Shown here: positions 21,646 to 33,174 of the stretch, one piece after another
Numbering within the stretch: the first letter of the stretch is position 1
Layout: each line of letters starts with the position of its first letter
Assembly: GCF_006345805.1 (NCBI RefSeq)
Contig: NW_021835020.1
Span: 1 to 43,276, forward strand
Source of the DNA: Octopus sinensis
Taxonomy: Eukaryota
Length of the DNA: 43,276 nucleotides
Direction of reading: 5' to 3'
Position numbers and translations under genes: made by a program
The notes under the pieces: model-generated
Told to the model about the DNA's origin: nothing
The model's database searches: none
Seen by the model: only the letters and a program-made list of their open reading frames with translations

Positions 21646-22297
21646 ATTCATAACTTAAAGTGAGAAAGCGGACAAAACCTGCTAAGTTAAAGTGCGAAAG
21701 CGGACAAAATCGCCCAGTTGCATTTCTGGCGAAGGTGTACAATCCCTTCTTTTTTATTTACTTTTTCAGATTCCAACGTATTTGGTAACATTACAATTCC
21801 GACAAAAAATCGGCATTTCAAAGTTTAAATCTCCTCTATACACGCACACATGCTAGAAATAACAGCCAAATCTCTTAATAATTTTTGTTTAATTATACGT
21901 TACTAGCAGTACATAGCAACATCCAATCGTATGGTCCATACTGTGATAGAATGATGTATACGGGTATGGTGATGCCATCAGGAAAAATAGAACTCAAAAT
22001 ATATGCATATGTATGTTTTTAATTAACATTTTGCAGAAGCAGCAGGGTTACTCAAATGTCGACAGTTTCGTGTGTTGATAAGCGCCGGCGTACGAAACTC
22101 TCGGCCTTGGCGTCACTCCGTTGCTTCCGATATATACAGAACAACCTCAGTTCTCGGTCATAATTTGATCTGAAAGTCTGTTCTAAAACCGAATTGTTCG
22201 AGAACCGAATCATTTTTTCCCGTTACAATTAATGTAAAAGAGATTAATTCGTTTCCAAGCACCTGATGAATGCTTATTTACATGCTCACATTACATA

Positions 22298-22691
22298 TCG
22301 TTATATATAAAAGTGAAGTTGTGTGTCTGTCTCCTACGATTTAGATTCCTAACTACTCCCACATTTTGCGGTGCAGTTTAACCAAAACCGGGTATCTTAT
22401 AGTCATGATTCATATCGAGCCCTTCTGGGTATTAGCGCGCGTCTACGATGAGTCAACGATTAAAAAAAAAATTTACCATCAATTTTTCCCATTTTTTAAT
22501 GCATTTTTGGCATATATAAGGGAAGTAACTCTCTAAAAAGTTATTATTAAATCTCAGAACGTAAAAAGCTACAGTAACCCCCCCCCTTTGTGGTTAGCCA
22601 TATTGAGATGGCTATTATACTTTACATCACTAAAAATGGTTATATAGTTATTTCCCTTACAAACCCGAGCAACGCCGGCCGATACTGCTAG
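22298..22691 (+). mobile_element. Non-autonomous Helitron nested in the Tigger
   Basis: A|TC...CTAG|T termini, no TSD, 3' hairpin CCGAGCAACGCCGG just upstream of CTAG; 5' TATATATAAAAG...TGTGTGTCTGTC. Confidence 0.85.
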
Positions 22692-22699
22692 TTTTAGTA

Positions 22700-24519
22700 T
22701 AAAATCGTTTCTCCAAACTAAATAACACACAAAGTGTGTTATTTCTTAGAAGGAGAGTTCTCTTCCATAAAAACTTCTGGTTACTGTCTTCTGGGGCTTC
22801 TTCCCTTCTCTGTCTATTTGGCTCTGATAAATCTTTCTCATGGATTTCTTTTCTTTTTTCTTTCAATAAAAACCCGTCCAATGTTAGTTGTTTTTGCCTG
22901 GGTTGCAATTTTTTTCTGGAATGAGTCATGACATTGTCATTGAAAAGGTTTACTGCTCTATTTGTTACCACTCTACCAGGGTGATATTTTCCCACAAAAC
23001 TTTGATTAAAGAGCTTGGGACATCCTCCTTTCCTTCCACCTCCTCGGAAAACATTTCCTCACTCAAAGTCTTTTGCTGTTCATTTTGAAGGTCTACTAGC
23101 TCTTCGGTGGTAGGCTCAGTACTGTGGCCTTCACACCAGCTCTTCAGTATCTTCCCTGTCGACATCCAAGCCCATAGCTTTTCCCATAGAGACAATATCA
23201 TAAACAATAGCAATTTCCTCAACAGCAGCAGTACTTGTAGCTGTCTCAAACCCCTCGAAGTCTCGTTCGGGTACACAGTCTTGCCAAACTTTCCTCCATG
23301 CTGAATTCATGGTTCTGTAACTCATTTAGTTCCATGCATTATCAATAAGATTAACACAATTCAGAATATTGAAATGATTTTTCCAAAATTCTCTGAGAAT
23401 TAAGTGAGTGTCGTTAGTGCCTTGAAAATACTTTCGAAACAGGGCTTTTGCGTAAAGCTTCTTCAAGTTTGCAATGACCTGTTGGTCTATTGGTTGTATT
23501 GGCGGAGTAATGTATGATAAATGGCAGGTATATGACCTGAATCAAATCAACCTCTTCAATTAAGTCATCCTTCAAACCTGGAGGGTAAGCGGGAGCATTC
23601 TCTAACACGAGAAGACATTATAGTGGCAAGTTTTTTTCATTACAGATATTTTTTAACACTCGGGGTAAAAACTTCATGGATCCACTCAATAAAAAATTGC
23701 TTGGTTACCCAAGCCTTCGTATTAGCCCACCACATAACAGGCAATTTACTCTTCATAACATTGCTTCTTTTGAAAACCCTCGGATTATCGAATGGTAAAC
23801 AAGCATTGGCCTGATCTTGAAATCGCCACTTGCGTTGTTGCCAAGCAAAAGAGTGACTCCATCCTTCATTGGCTTGTTCCCTGGCAACGCTTTTTCCTCC
23901 TTAGTAATATAGGTCCTATTTGGCATTCGTTTCCAAAATAATCCTGTTTCATCCCCGATAAACACCTGTTGGGGGAGATAACCCCCTTCCTTTATCAAGT
24001 CATTAAACTCAATCACAAATTTCTCAACCGCTTCCTTGTTTGAACTCACCGCCTCTCCATGCCTAATTACACTGTGTATTTCACTTCTCTTCTTAAATTG
24101 CTCGAACCAGCCTCTGCTAGCTTGGAATTCAAAAGTATAACATTCAGCACTTGTACCAGGGATTTTCTTTTACTAGATCATTATAAATTTCTAATGCTTT
24201 CTCACAAATAAATACTTCACCTGCAAACCGTTTCTCATTTATAAAAATAAGCAATAACTTTTTCACTTCTTCGACTATCTTTGGTCTTTGTTTATTAATA
24301 ACAGTCACTCCTTTTGCAACATCAGCTGCTTTTATCACTTCCTTATTTTTTAGAATAATAGATATTGTCACTTTAGGCATACTGTATAGCAGAGCGAGAT
24401 CTGACACGCGAACGCCATTTTTGTGTTTTGAGATGATTTCTTCCTTCAGTTCAATTGTTTTTCTCTCAACTTTTCGTTTTAACTTTACCTGTATTACAGC
24501 TAGCTTTCTTTGGAACCGT
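22700..24519 (-). pseudogene. Tigger transposase (CENP-B-type HTH plus DDE), frameshifted; start codon reads ACG
   Basis: TIELKEEIISKHKNGVRVSDLA, KASRGWFEQFKKR, QQVFIGDETGLFWKRMPNRTYI, KAWVT, LENAPAYP, NRAVNLFNDN...KQLTLDGF. Confidence 0.92.
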
Positions 24520-24801
24520 GACTAAGGGCTAATGAAGAGAAAAAAGAGGCACAGTACAATAAAATTGCAAACGAAAAGCACAGCAACAACACACGAATGT
24601 ATACAACACGGCAGTCGACGCAGAAATGATTCCGTTTGGGTTAACTCAGTTCGGCAATGTTCGAGAAGCGAAATTTTGTTCGATAACCGAGGCATTTTCA
24701 TCTCAAGTTTTCTGTTCGAAAACCGATTTGTTCGACAAACGAGACGTTCGAGAACCGACGTTGCTCTGCGCGCGCATGTCTGTATATATATATATCGCCA
24801 T

Positions 24802-24995
24802 GATAGATCGTTAGCCACTACACACATTTTTTTCTATCCTTGTTACTCTCCTTGTTTTTTCTGTGTCCCTTTCTGTAGAAGAGCGTGGGCTCGAAACGTA
24901 AAAGACTTTTTCTATTCCTGAGCGTTATTCTAATACATCTGTTTGTTTTGTACACCACTTGTCTTCGTCTTTTTTTTTTTTCGTAAACTCTCCCT
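24802..24995 (+). mobile_element. HHR family 2 repeat, copy 2
   Basis: Aligns with the reverse complement of 1201-1392. Confidence 0.75.
24869..24904 (+). ncRNA. Minimal hammerhead-like motif, U6 variant, GUA triplet
   Basis: CUUU-CUGUAGA-A-GAGC(GUGG)GCUC-GAAAC-GUA-AAAG. Confidence 0.65.
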
Positions 24996-24999
24996 ATAC

Positions 25000-25033
<34 letters not shown>

Positions 25034-25189
25034 GTATATATATATAATATATATATATATATATAATATATATATATATTATATATATATACATACATAT
25101 AAATATAAAATAAAAGAAAAATGCACGCAGTTTACAGTTTTAATATATTTTAACATTTATGTTATAAGTGAAAGAGTATTTATTGTGTT

Positions 25190-25222
25190 TGTCAACTGGT
25201 TTCGCTTTCGCTAATCATGACA
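25190..25222 (-). ncRNA. Ultra-minimal hammerhead-like motif, A3/U8 core
   Basis: UGUC-AUGAUUA-GC(GAAA)GC-GAAAC-CA-GUU-GACA. Confidence 0.55.
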
Positions 25223-25544
25223 TTGAAATTATTGTAATTTCATATATTCTTAAGAAGATTTTAGTCCATGTTGTGCATGGGAGTAAAAAATTTTAAGGGG
25301 AAGTAATTGGTGATCGTTATTAGGATAGGGAAGGTAACTGTTCATATTTGGGGAGGGGTTTGTTGTATATTTATTTATCCTCTCCCTAAAAATGAGCAAT
25401 TACCTCCTCTGTCCCAAATAATAACAATCTCCAGTTACCACCCCTTAGATTGCTTTTACCTGTTGATTCATTTTATTCACAAACCTCCATACACGACATG
25501 GACTAAAATCTTCTTAAGAAAATACAAAATTAGAATAATTTCAA

Positions 25545-25577
25545 TGTCCTGATTAGCGAAAGTGAAACCGGTCGACA
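25545..25577 (+). ncRNA. Ultra-minimal hammerhead-like motif, C3/U8 core
   Basis: UGUC-CUGAUUA-GC(GAAA)GU-GAAAC-CG-GUC-GACA; palindromic ACCGGU stem III, GUC triplet. Confidence 0.65.
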
Positions 25578-25669
25578 AACACAGTACTCTTTCACTTATA
25601 AGATATATTAAAACTATGTAAACTGTGTGCATTTTCCTTCTTTTATTGTGTGTGTGTGTGTGTGCGTGT

Positions 25670-25705
<36 letters not shown>

Positions 25706-25718
25706 TAGTAGTAGATGA

Positions 25719-25806
25719 GACTTGCCCATTGTGTCGCTCTGTCGCGTAATGGGACTGAACCCGAAATCATGTTGAAAAGTGAGCTTCTTAACCATACATA
25801 CATGCT
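25719..25806 (-). mobile_element. SINE family A head fragment, diverged
   Basis: GACTTGCCC...GGGACTGAACCCGAAATCATG...GCTTCTTAACCATACA. Confidence 0.6.
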
Positions 25807-25861
25807 AGGACCTATTAGAAAGGTCTTTCAGAGATGCAACCGAAGAACGGATGAGAGAGAC

Positions 25862-25936
<75 letters not shown>

Positions 25937-25938
<2 letters not shown>

Positions 25939-27029
25939 TGGCGTCGCATATAGTGCGACGGTTCACTTAGACGAGTCGCATTTGTCAAGACTCGCACTGA
26001 ATGCATAATTTTGGTGATGAGTTTCGCAGATGCCTTGAGCGAGTCTTTCTACTACAGACTCGAGTTTACGAATTCTTTGCGAGAAGAATTTATGTGACAG
26101 GAAATGTAGAAATTCGTCATGCATATGTGTGTGTGCGAACATATGCTTGTGAGAGCGCTCTTCCTTTTCTATATGTTCATTTGTGATCGGTAACTTAAAA
26201 GCTCGACAAATAGGACTCAATGAAATAGTGCCTGGCCAAAATAATTACTGGGACCGATAAGATTATTAACTAAAACTTTGAGAGATGGATCTAATCAAGG
26301 CTGCAGTTCAGTTACTGAAAACAGTTACAGAACATCACACAGTGGCTGTATTTGTCTTGAGAAAGCCTCTCTTGTAGATGTATAGTGCTAAAAACCACTG
26401 TATACCAGTAGTGGACAAAAATCGTCCAGTTCCGCTGATAGAATTGTTAAATCAAGATTCAGGAGGCTAGTCGATGACATTAACTTGGCTGTTACATTAT
26501 TTTATCGAACTTGATAAAAAGAAAGGTAAAGAGGTCCTTTGAACTAAGAACGTGGTTACCCTACAGAAATATGGCAAAGCATTTTTGCAACAACCAAGTG
26601 GTTCTCCCAAACTTTGTAGTAATAAGTTTAATGTATTATACTGGAAACAAAGGTTGTCGAAGATATTGAATAATGATGTATTTATCATATATAAATTTTA
26701 AAACAAAATAGAATTGAATAAATAGCCTTACTAAACTGGGTATACTGTAGAAAGCCACATAGCTGCAGTACAAGTCTCGAGAAAAATTCTCAAATAGATA
26801 TATATATAGTGTTAGAAAACAGAGATACGTATCATTAGCAAATGAAAACATCAGTTTCTACATTTCCTGTCAAATAATTCTTCTCACAAAGAATTTGTAA
26901 ATTCGAGTCTATAGAAGAAAGACTTGCTCAAGGCACCTGCGAAACTCTTCATCGGGATTGTGCATGCAGTGCAAGACTTGATAGATGCGACTTCACTAAT
27001 TTAACTGTCGCACTATATGTGATGCCATT
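25937..27029. repeat. Pair of ~175-bp inverted repeats 742 bp apart
   Basis: 25937-26112 versus the reverse complement of 26855-27029, roughly 80-85% identical by eye. Confidence 0.85.
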
Positions 27030-27460
27030 CGTCAATCTGAGTTGCTAGATGTGGATTGCTGCGTCTTTGCACATCATCAGTAACAATCGTCTACCCCCAA
27101 CCAAAGGCTTAGACACATTTCGCTTCAACTGATATAGAAAAATAGTGATTAAGAAATCATTGATGTCGCAAATAGCTGACGAGCTGGGTAAAATTTCGTT
27201 ATTAGCGACGTAAGCAGTATTAGTTCAGAATGGCATTCTGTATATCTTACTTAATATTAAAAAAAAAACGTACAAAACGCAAAACGAATACAGGAACACA
27301 CTCCTAAACATACCATAGGCATACACTTACATTCATTAGAAAAAGAAGAAAAGAGAAAAGAAAAACAGCAAAAAGGAAAGAAAGAGACAAGGTAAATGAA
27401 GTAATAATAAAAAACAAATAACTGACAATCTGGAGAGTGGAAATTTAATCTACGCCCTCG

Positions 27461-27493
<33 letters not shown>

Positions 27494-27644
27494 TGTTAAT
27501 GAAGACAGATGACAGTTATTTTTAATCGCTAGTATGCATACCGTCAGAATATTGTATAAATCTTGGTTGGTTCATATTAAAACAAGTCAGACATTTGTGA
27601 GGTAGGACTTATAAGACAGAAATAATCATCTCTTTGTTTACATT

Positions 27645-27750
27645 TTGTATGTATGCATGTATGTATGTATGTATGTATGTATGTATGTATGTATGTATGT
27701 ATGTATGTATGTATGTATGTATGTATCTATCTATCTATCTATCTACCTAC

Positions 27751-27790
<40 letters not shown>

Positions 27791-27795
27791 GCATA

Positions 27796-27852
<57 letters not shown>
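27645..27852. repeat. (TATG)n-(TATC)n microsatellite
   Basis: Directly visible. Confidence 0.95.
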
Positions 27853-27853
<1 letters not shown>

Positions 27854-27865
27854 ATAAGTCCTGGG

Positions 27866-28132
27866 GTCGAGTAAATCGATCCTCGGACTTATTCATTGTA
27901 AGCCTAATACTTATTCTATTAGTCTCTTTGTCGAACCGCTAAGTTACGGAGACATAAACACACCACCATCGGTTGTCAAGTGATGTTGGGGGGACAAACA
28001 CAGACACGCAAACATATACGCACTAATACATATACATATATACAACGGGCCTCCTGTTTCCGTCTACCAAATCTACTCACAAGGCTTTGGTCGGCCCGAG
28101 GCTATAGTAGAAGACACTTGCCCAAGGTGCCA
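27866..28132 (-). mobile_element. SINE family A central part
   Basis: GGACTTATTC...GTCAAGTGATGTTGGGGG...CACTTGCCCAAGGTGCC. Confidence 0.85.
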
Positions 28133-28453
28133 TATATATATAAAGAGAAGAGAGAGAGAGAGAGAAGAGAGAGAGAGGAGAGATAGAGAGAGAGAGAGAT
28201 AGAGAGAGAGAGAGGTAAGCTTCCAGATTTGGTTTGGTAGGGCTACACAATCCTAGTGCGTACCGTATTCAGTTAATAATGGTGGCTAACCTCCGTAAGT
28301 GTAGAAAAACTTCGGTTAGTTTATTCTACTGCGGCAGAAACATATAGTTACAGGTTTGGAAAGACGTGATTCAACTGGATATATAAATCTTTGTTCACCT
28401 TAATTATTAATATATATGTGTGTGTATGTGTATATATATATATAAGAATTTTT

Positions 28454-28658
28454 AGCACGCCGTGCGAAATGCGTAGCCGTATTTCGTCTGCTGTTACGTT
28501 CTGGGTTCAAATTCCGCCGAGGTCGACTTTGCCTTTCATCCTTTCGGGGTCGATAAATTAAGTACCAGTTACGCACTGGGGTCGATGTAATCGACTTCAT
28601 CCGTTTGTCTGTCCTCGTTTGTCCCCTCTGTTTAGCCCCTTGTGGGTAGTAAAGAAAT
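28454..28658 (+). mobile_element. SINE family B monomer, 5'-truncated, with probable TSD
   Basis: AGCACGCC...GGGTTCAAATTCC...AAAGAAAT flanked by ATATATATAAGAATTTTT (28436-28453, 28659-28676). Confidence 0.85.
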
Positions 28659-28730
28659 ATATATATAAGAATTTTTTGCACAATGAGATAAAAAACCAAG
28701 GCTGTGTAGAAATTAGAACATTTATAGATA

Positions 28731-28786
28731 GGTATTACAGCTGTTTCTAGAATATTAATTAATAATAATATCCCTTCATCGATGAC
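28731..28786 (-). ncRNA. Degenerate hammerhead-like motif (ACAGCUGU stem III)
   Basis: UCGAUGA-A-GGGAUAUU(10 nt)AAUAUUCU-A-GAAAC-AGCU-GUA; core positions 3-4 altered, stem I weak. Confidence 0.5.
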
Positions 28787-30021
28787 AGTGTGAGAGGATG
28801 GTTAAGTCATAGTTAGTTTAGATGTGATACAAAATAGAGAGTGAGGTGGAGGAAAGAAAATAGATGTAAGATATGTATGGGTATTTAAGTTGTAACACAA
28901 ACACATACACATTTATGTACGTATGCTTGTATGTATAAATAGATGAAGTGAATATTTTTTATCATATGTACTACAATTGTTTCAACGTATTACTCTGTGT
29001 TTGTGTGTAAGACGAATGCCGAATATATCTGTATATTCACAATTTTTACATATCCAATTTATGTTGGACGAATGCACTCATTGACACTTGCTTTCATTGG
29101 TAAATACTCGATACGAACACAAATCTTTGCTAGTCGGTGGGTATCTATATATACCTACGGCTTCGATAAACGAGTAATTAGCGTATAAGCAGATATACGT
29201 ACAGACACGCTCGTACACACATACATACGTATACATATAAATACACCAACTCCACACACACACGTATAATTTACGGATATAGCTATTCATATACACTTGA
29301 AGATATCGTCATTAAACATATCCAATTTATCTGAGACGGATGTAGAACATCTCCCTTAATTAATATACACTTATAATTTATGATTAGTTAATTTGTTTCC
29401 TTAATTATTTTATCTGTCATTTTATTTACATTTTATGATTTTATTCATCTTTTTATTTCCTAAAGTCTTAAACTCGGTTTCAAGGAAAAATAAATCTGCC
29501 AATAAGCGAGTTTTTCTCGTGGAATCTCTAGCAGTATGGTTTGTTCCATCAGAACATCCATGTTTAAGTGTGAATAAATACGATCTCTCGTTATTTGTAT
29601 TACTTCTGTCACTGATATATTCAGATATGTATATTTGCTCCTCAACTACATATTGCCTTAGAGATTATAGCAATGTTTCTTATTATCAAAATACAGCAGT
29701 CTCGTGAAGAACGTACCATCCACGAAGCTATGAATCCTCTTCAGGGATATATTAGCATTCTGGCAAAGAGGAAAGATTGTGGGTAGCCGTATGGTCAAAC
29801 AGAACATTTTGGAAACGCTTGGAGTCGGTCGTATTGCTTCGCTGTATTTGTTGCACATCTTATCTTATAGGTAAACGGCGTTGGCTATGGTGGGTAGGGC
29901 TCACACGTAGTTTACCAACAGAAGGTTACAGACAACTTTTTTTTTTATTGGAAATTGGTTTAGAGGAAACACTCGATTCTGAGCTTGAGTCGGAAATCGA
30001 GCAAGAGCACAGAGAGAAAGA

Positions 30022-30067
<46 letters not shown>

Positions 30068-30221
30068 TGAGGAAGAGAGAGAGAGAGAAGGTAGAGGGAG
30101 AGAGGAAGAGAGAGAGAGAGCGAAAAAGAAGAAAGAAAGAGATACTGGGTAATCGAGATGATCAGTTTCGAGTTCGATGTACGTCTTCATTGGGCATAAT
30201 TATGCCATTCACCATTCTCAC

Positions 30222-30369
30222 CGGTGACCGGTAAATTCCACCGCGATAAATTCCATCGTGGTAAATTCCACCACGGAAAGTTCCACCAGGTAAATTTCAC
30301 CATAGATAAATGCCACCACGGTATATATTCCAACATGGTAAATTTCACCATAGGTAAAATCATCATCAC

Positions 30370-30427
<58 letters not shown>

Positions 30428-30430
30428 GTT

Positions 30431-30472
<42 letters not shown>

Positions 30473-30477
30473 ATTAC

Positions 30478-30510
<33 letters not shown>

Positions 30511-31185
30511 CAAATGATTATTTAGAAGGGTTCCACAATGTTTTGCGCTCATCACTAACATCCACACATCCAAATTTGTGGAAACCATGCACAATCTGAG
30601 GAAGGATTAAGCCAGACAAAAATTGCACTCATTCAACTTGGAGACTCAACAAAAAAAAAAAAAAAAAGAAAACAAAAAAAAGACCTATCAGATTATTGAT
30701 GCGCGACTAAAGAAAGAAGCTAGTTCAGGAATATCAAAATGAAAGCCCTCTGCAATTTTTAAGAAATATTGCACTCAATTTGTCGTAAGAAATTTTTAAA
30801 AATTAAATTAAAGTTTCTTATCCAAACTCTGCTTCACAATGTACTTGCTGTTATTTTTTTTATCCTATTGTTATTGTGAAATGTGTGCTAAAATTTAATC
30901 TTTTCTTTCTTTATCCCAAATTATATTATTTTTGAAATGTTGTGATGAGTCTTTTACATAAGATTCTTGCTCGATGGGAATACATTAAAATGATCCCATC
31001 TCAATTCAAGTAGATTAGAAGGATTATTTTCTGTCTCACCCTCAGACTCTCTCTCTTTCTGTTCTTAAGACTTGAAAGATTGACAGATTAATTAACATAG
31101 GTATTGACCCACGGTCTAGAGAAACTGACCACGGTGATTATTAGCATTAGCAGGTGGAATTTTACCATGGTGGAATTTACCTAGA
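30222..31185. mobile_element. Candidate foldback-type element with 15-bp subterminal repeats
   Basis: About 9 copies of GGTAAATTCCACCAY at 30230-30360, 2 inverted copies at 31153-31181; ACCATTCTCAC direct repeat at 30211-30221 and 31186-31196. Confidence 0.55.
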
Positions 31186-31397
31186 ACCATTCTCACTACA
31201 TTTTCGTTTACAACGCACTCACACACACACACACACACACTCTCTCTCTCTCTCTCATTATCTCACAGATGCACACAAACAAGCACGCACACTCACTGTC
31301 TTTCTGTCTGTCTATGTCTCTCTCTCTCTCTCTGCCGGTCAACATTTTCTCCTCTCTTAATCTATCTCTTTTTATATCCATTGAGGATTTCTTCTAG

Positions 31398-31732
31398 GTG
31401 TTACCCATCATCCTCGTGTTTGGCCGAAAGGCTTTATTCAATTCTGTCTTCGCCTATAGTTTCAAATTACACCTGTGTACTTTCCGTACGTGCACACTGC
31501 ATTGTCTTGTTTGCCCGAGCCCTAATTCTACGCAAATCTTGCGGGTGCCGCCGATAAACGAAGTTCCCAGTCTTATCGTTAAAAGCATGAAACTGAGTAT
31601 TAGTATTTTTGGTCGATAACCGATGAAGAATTAGGGTCCTTCTGTGTCTATCCAACCTGTACGTTTTGTAGTATTTAATGCATTTTTCATTTATTGAGTA
31701 ACTGAACGCTACGCATCTCGAATTTTGTTAAG
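31398..31732. repeat. Unclassified repeat related to 1431-1561
   Basis: 31597-31731 aligns with 1431-1561. Confidence 0.55.
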
Positions 31733-31747
31733 AGTAAGTTTTTATAT

Positions 31748-31920
31748 AGGGAGAATTCACAAAAAAAAAAGACGAAGACAACTGTTGTTGACAACAAACA
31801 GATGTATTAGTATAACGCTCGGGAAGTGAATAAGTCTTTAACGTTTCAAACCTACGCTCTTCCACAGAAAGGAGCACAGAAAGAAACAAGGAGAGAAAAT
31901 AAAGAATGTGTTATGGCTAC
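31748..31920 (-). mobile_element. HHR family 2 repeat, copy 3
   Basis: Aligns with 1201-1385; motif at 31836-31871: CUUU-CUGUGGA-A-GAGC(GUAG)GUUU-GAAAC-GUU-AAAG. Confidence 0.75.
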
Positions 31921-32185
31921 ACGCGTAAACACACACACACACACACGTGTGTATACGATGGGTTTCCATGGCTTTCTAGCGGTTTCATTCTCAAACAACG
32001 CAAACACACACAGTTGATCCCAGCGGGATTTGAACTCGGAGACTGAACGGAACGTGCTAACATTGTAAGGGCTTGTAGCTGATGTAATTCTTCTGCAAAT
32101 CCACCATGAAGATAGGAGAGTACGAAGATGGCCTGCAAAGATGTATGTGTATGGGTGCGCTCGCGTACATGTGTATGGAAAGTGG

Positions 32186-32229
<44 letters not shown>

Positions 32230-32231
<2 letters not shown>

Positions 32232-32321
32232 AGAAGACGATAGATATGTAAATACACTGATAGACTGGCAGACAGATAGTCGGTCAGTCAGACAAACAGA
32301 CACACAAATATGTAGATAATC

Positions 32322-32355
<34 letters not shown>

Positions 32356-32433
32356 GTAGGTAGATAGATAGATAGATAGAGAGATAGATAGACAGACAGA
32401 TATATAAACAGATAGATAAATAGATAGATAAAC

Positions 32434-32519
<86 letters not shown>

Positions 32520-32545
32520 GTAGATAGATAGATAGATAGAATAGA
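32230..32545. repeat. (GATA)n/(GACA)n microsatellite
   Basis: Directly visible. Confidence 0.9.
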
Positions 32546-32714
32546 GCAAGGCATAAATTGGCAGATAAAGACAGAATGAGTCAGTGAGTGTATGGCGAGT
32601 GAACATATAAATATATATAAACGAAATGTTGGAATGTAGAGAAAGAGAAGGGAAAGGAAGAGAAAGGGTAGAGGGTGAACGGGAGGCGGGTAGGGGATGA
32701 GAGGGTGTGAGATA

Positions 32715-32905
32715 GAATGGTTAACAGTCATCAGAACGCACGTGTCAGTTGCGACTGGTAACCGGAGAACAATAGGGAGCTCCCAGCTCCCAGCAGTGAT
32801 CTTGTCGCTTTCGTCGGCCCCGCCATCATTCAACGCATAGTTCTTCCTGTTAGGGGCCTCGCTTAGCAGACAGGCTGGCGTCACTGGGACATGCTTCAGC
32901 GAGTT
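32715..32905. promoter_or_regulatory. GC-richer unique island, candidate regulatory element
   Basis: E-box CACGTG 32739-32744, X-box-like GTTGCGACTGGTAAC 32748-32762, SOX-type AACAAT 32768-32773. Confidence 0.3.
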
Positions 32906-33089
32906 GGCGGTGGGGAGAGAAAGGGGACGAGAGAGAGAGAGACAAGGAGAAAGAGGGAAGCCGAGGGAGAGCGAAGTGGGTTGTCAGGGGGTAAGGAGGG
33001 GCCCATTTACAACACAGCTATATACATATGTTTAGGTGTAAGCGTATATATGTATACCTACGTACTTCAGTACATATGTATGCATATAC

Positions 33090-33174
<85 letters not shown>

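Larger units (their letters stand above)
22137..24768 (-). mobile_element. Tigger/pogo-like DNA transposon, near full length, decayed
   Basis: TIRs CAGAACAACCTCAGTTCTCG (22137-22156, preceded by TA) and 24749-24768 (17/20 match); transposase remnants inside. Confidence 0.9.
25109..25647. repeat. ~540-bp imperfect palindrome with a hammerhead-like motif in each arm
   Basis: 25109-25283 pairs with 25485-25647 and 25294-25358 with 25379-25447; 20-nt central loop. Confidence 0.85.

Noticed and set aside
29700-29800. ERTIHEAMNPLQG resembling a piggyBac DE-M motif
   Set aside because: Similarity is limited to a few residues and flanking motifs are absent.
30230-30360. CRISPR-like array
   Set aside because: Contiguous 15-mers without unique spacers, in eukaryotic context with no cas genes.
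31398-31732. GIY-YIG or RT coding remnant
   Set aside because: Frames examined gave no convincing motif; left as an unclassified repeat.
32288-32884. 198-aa minus ORF starting MTPACLLSEAPNRKNY
   Set aside because: GTG start, no recognisable domain, and most of its length is microsatellite.
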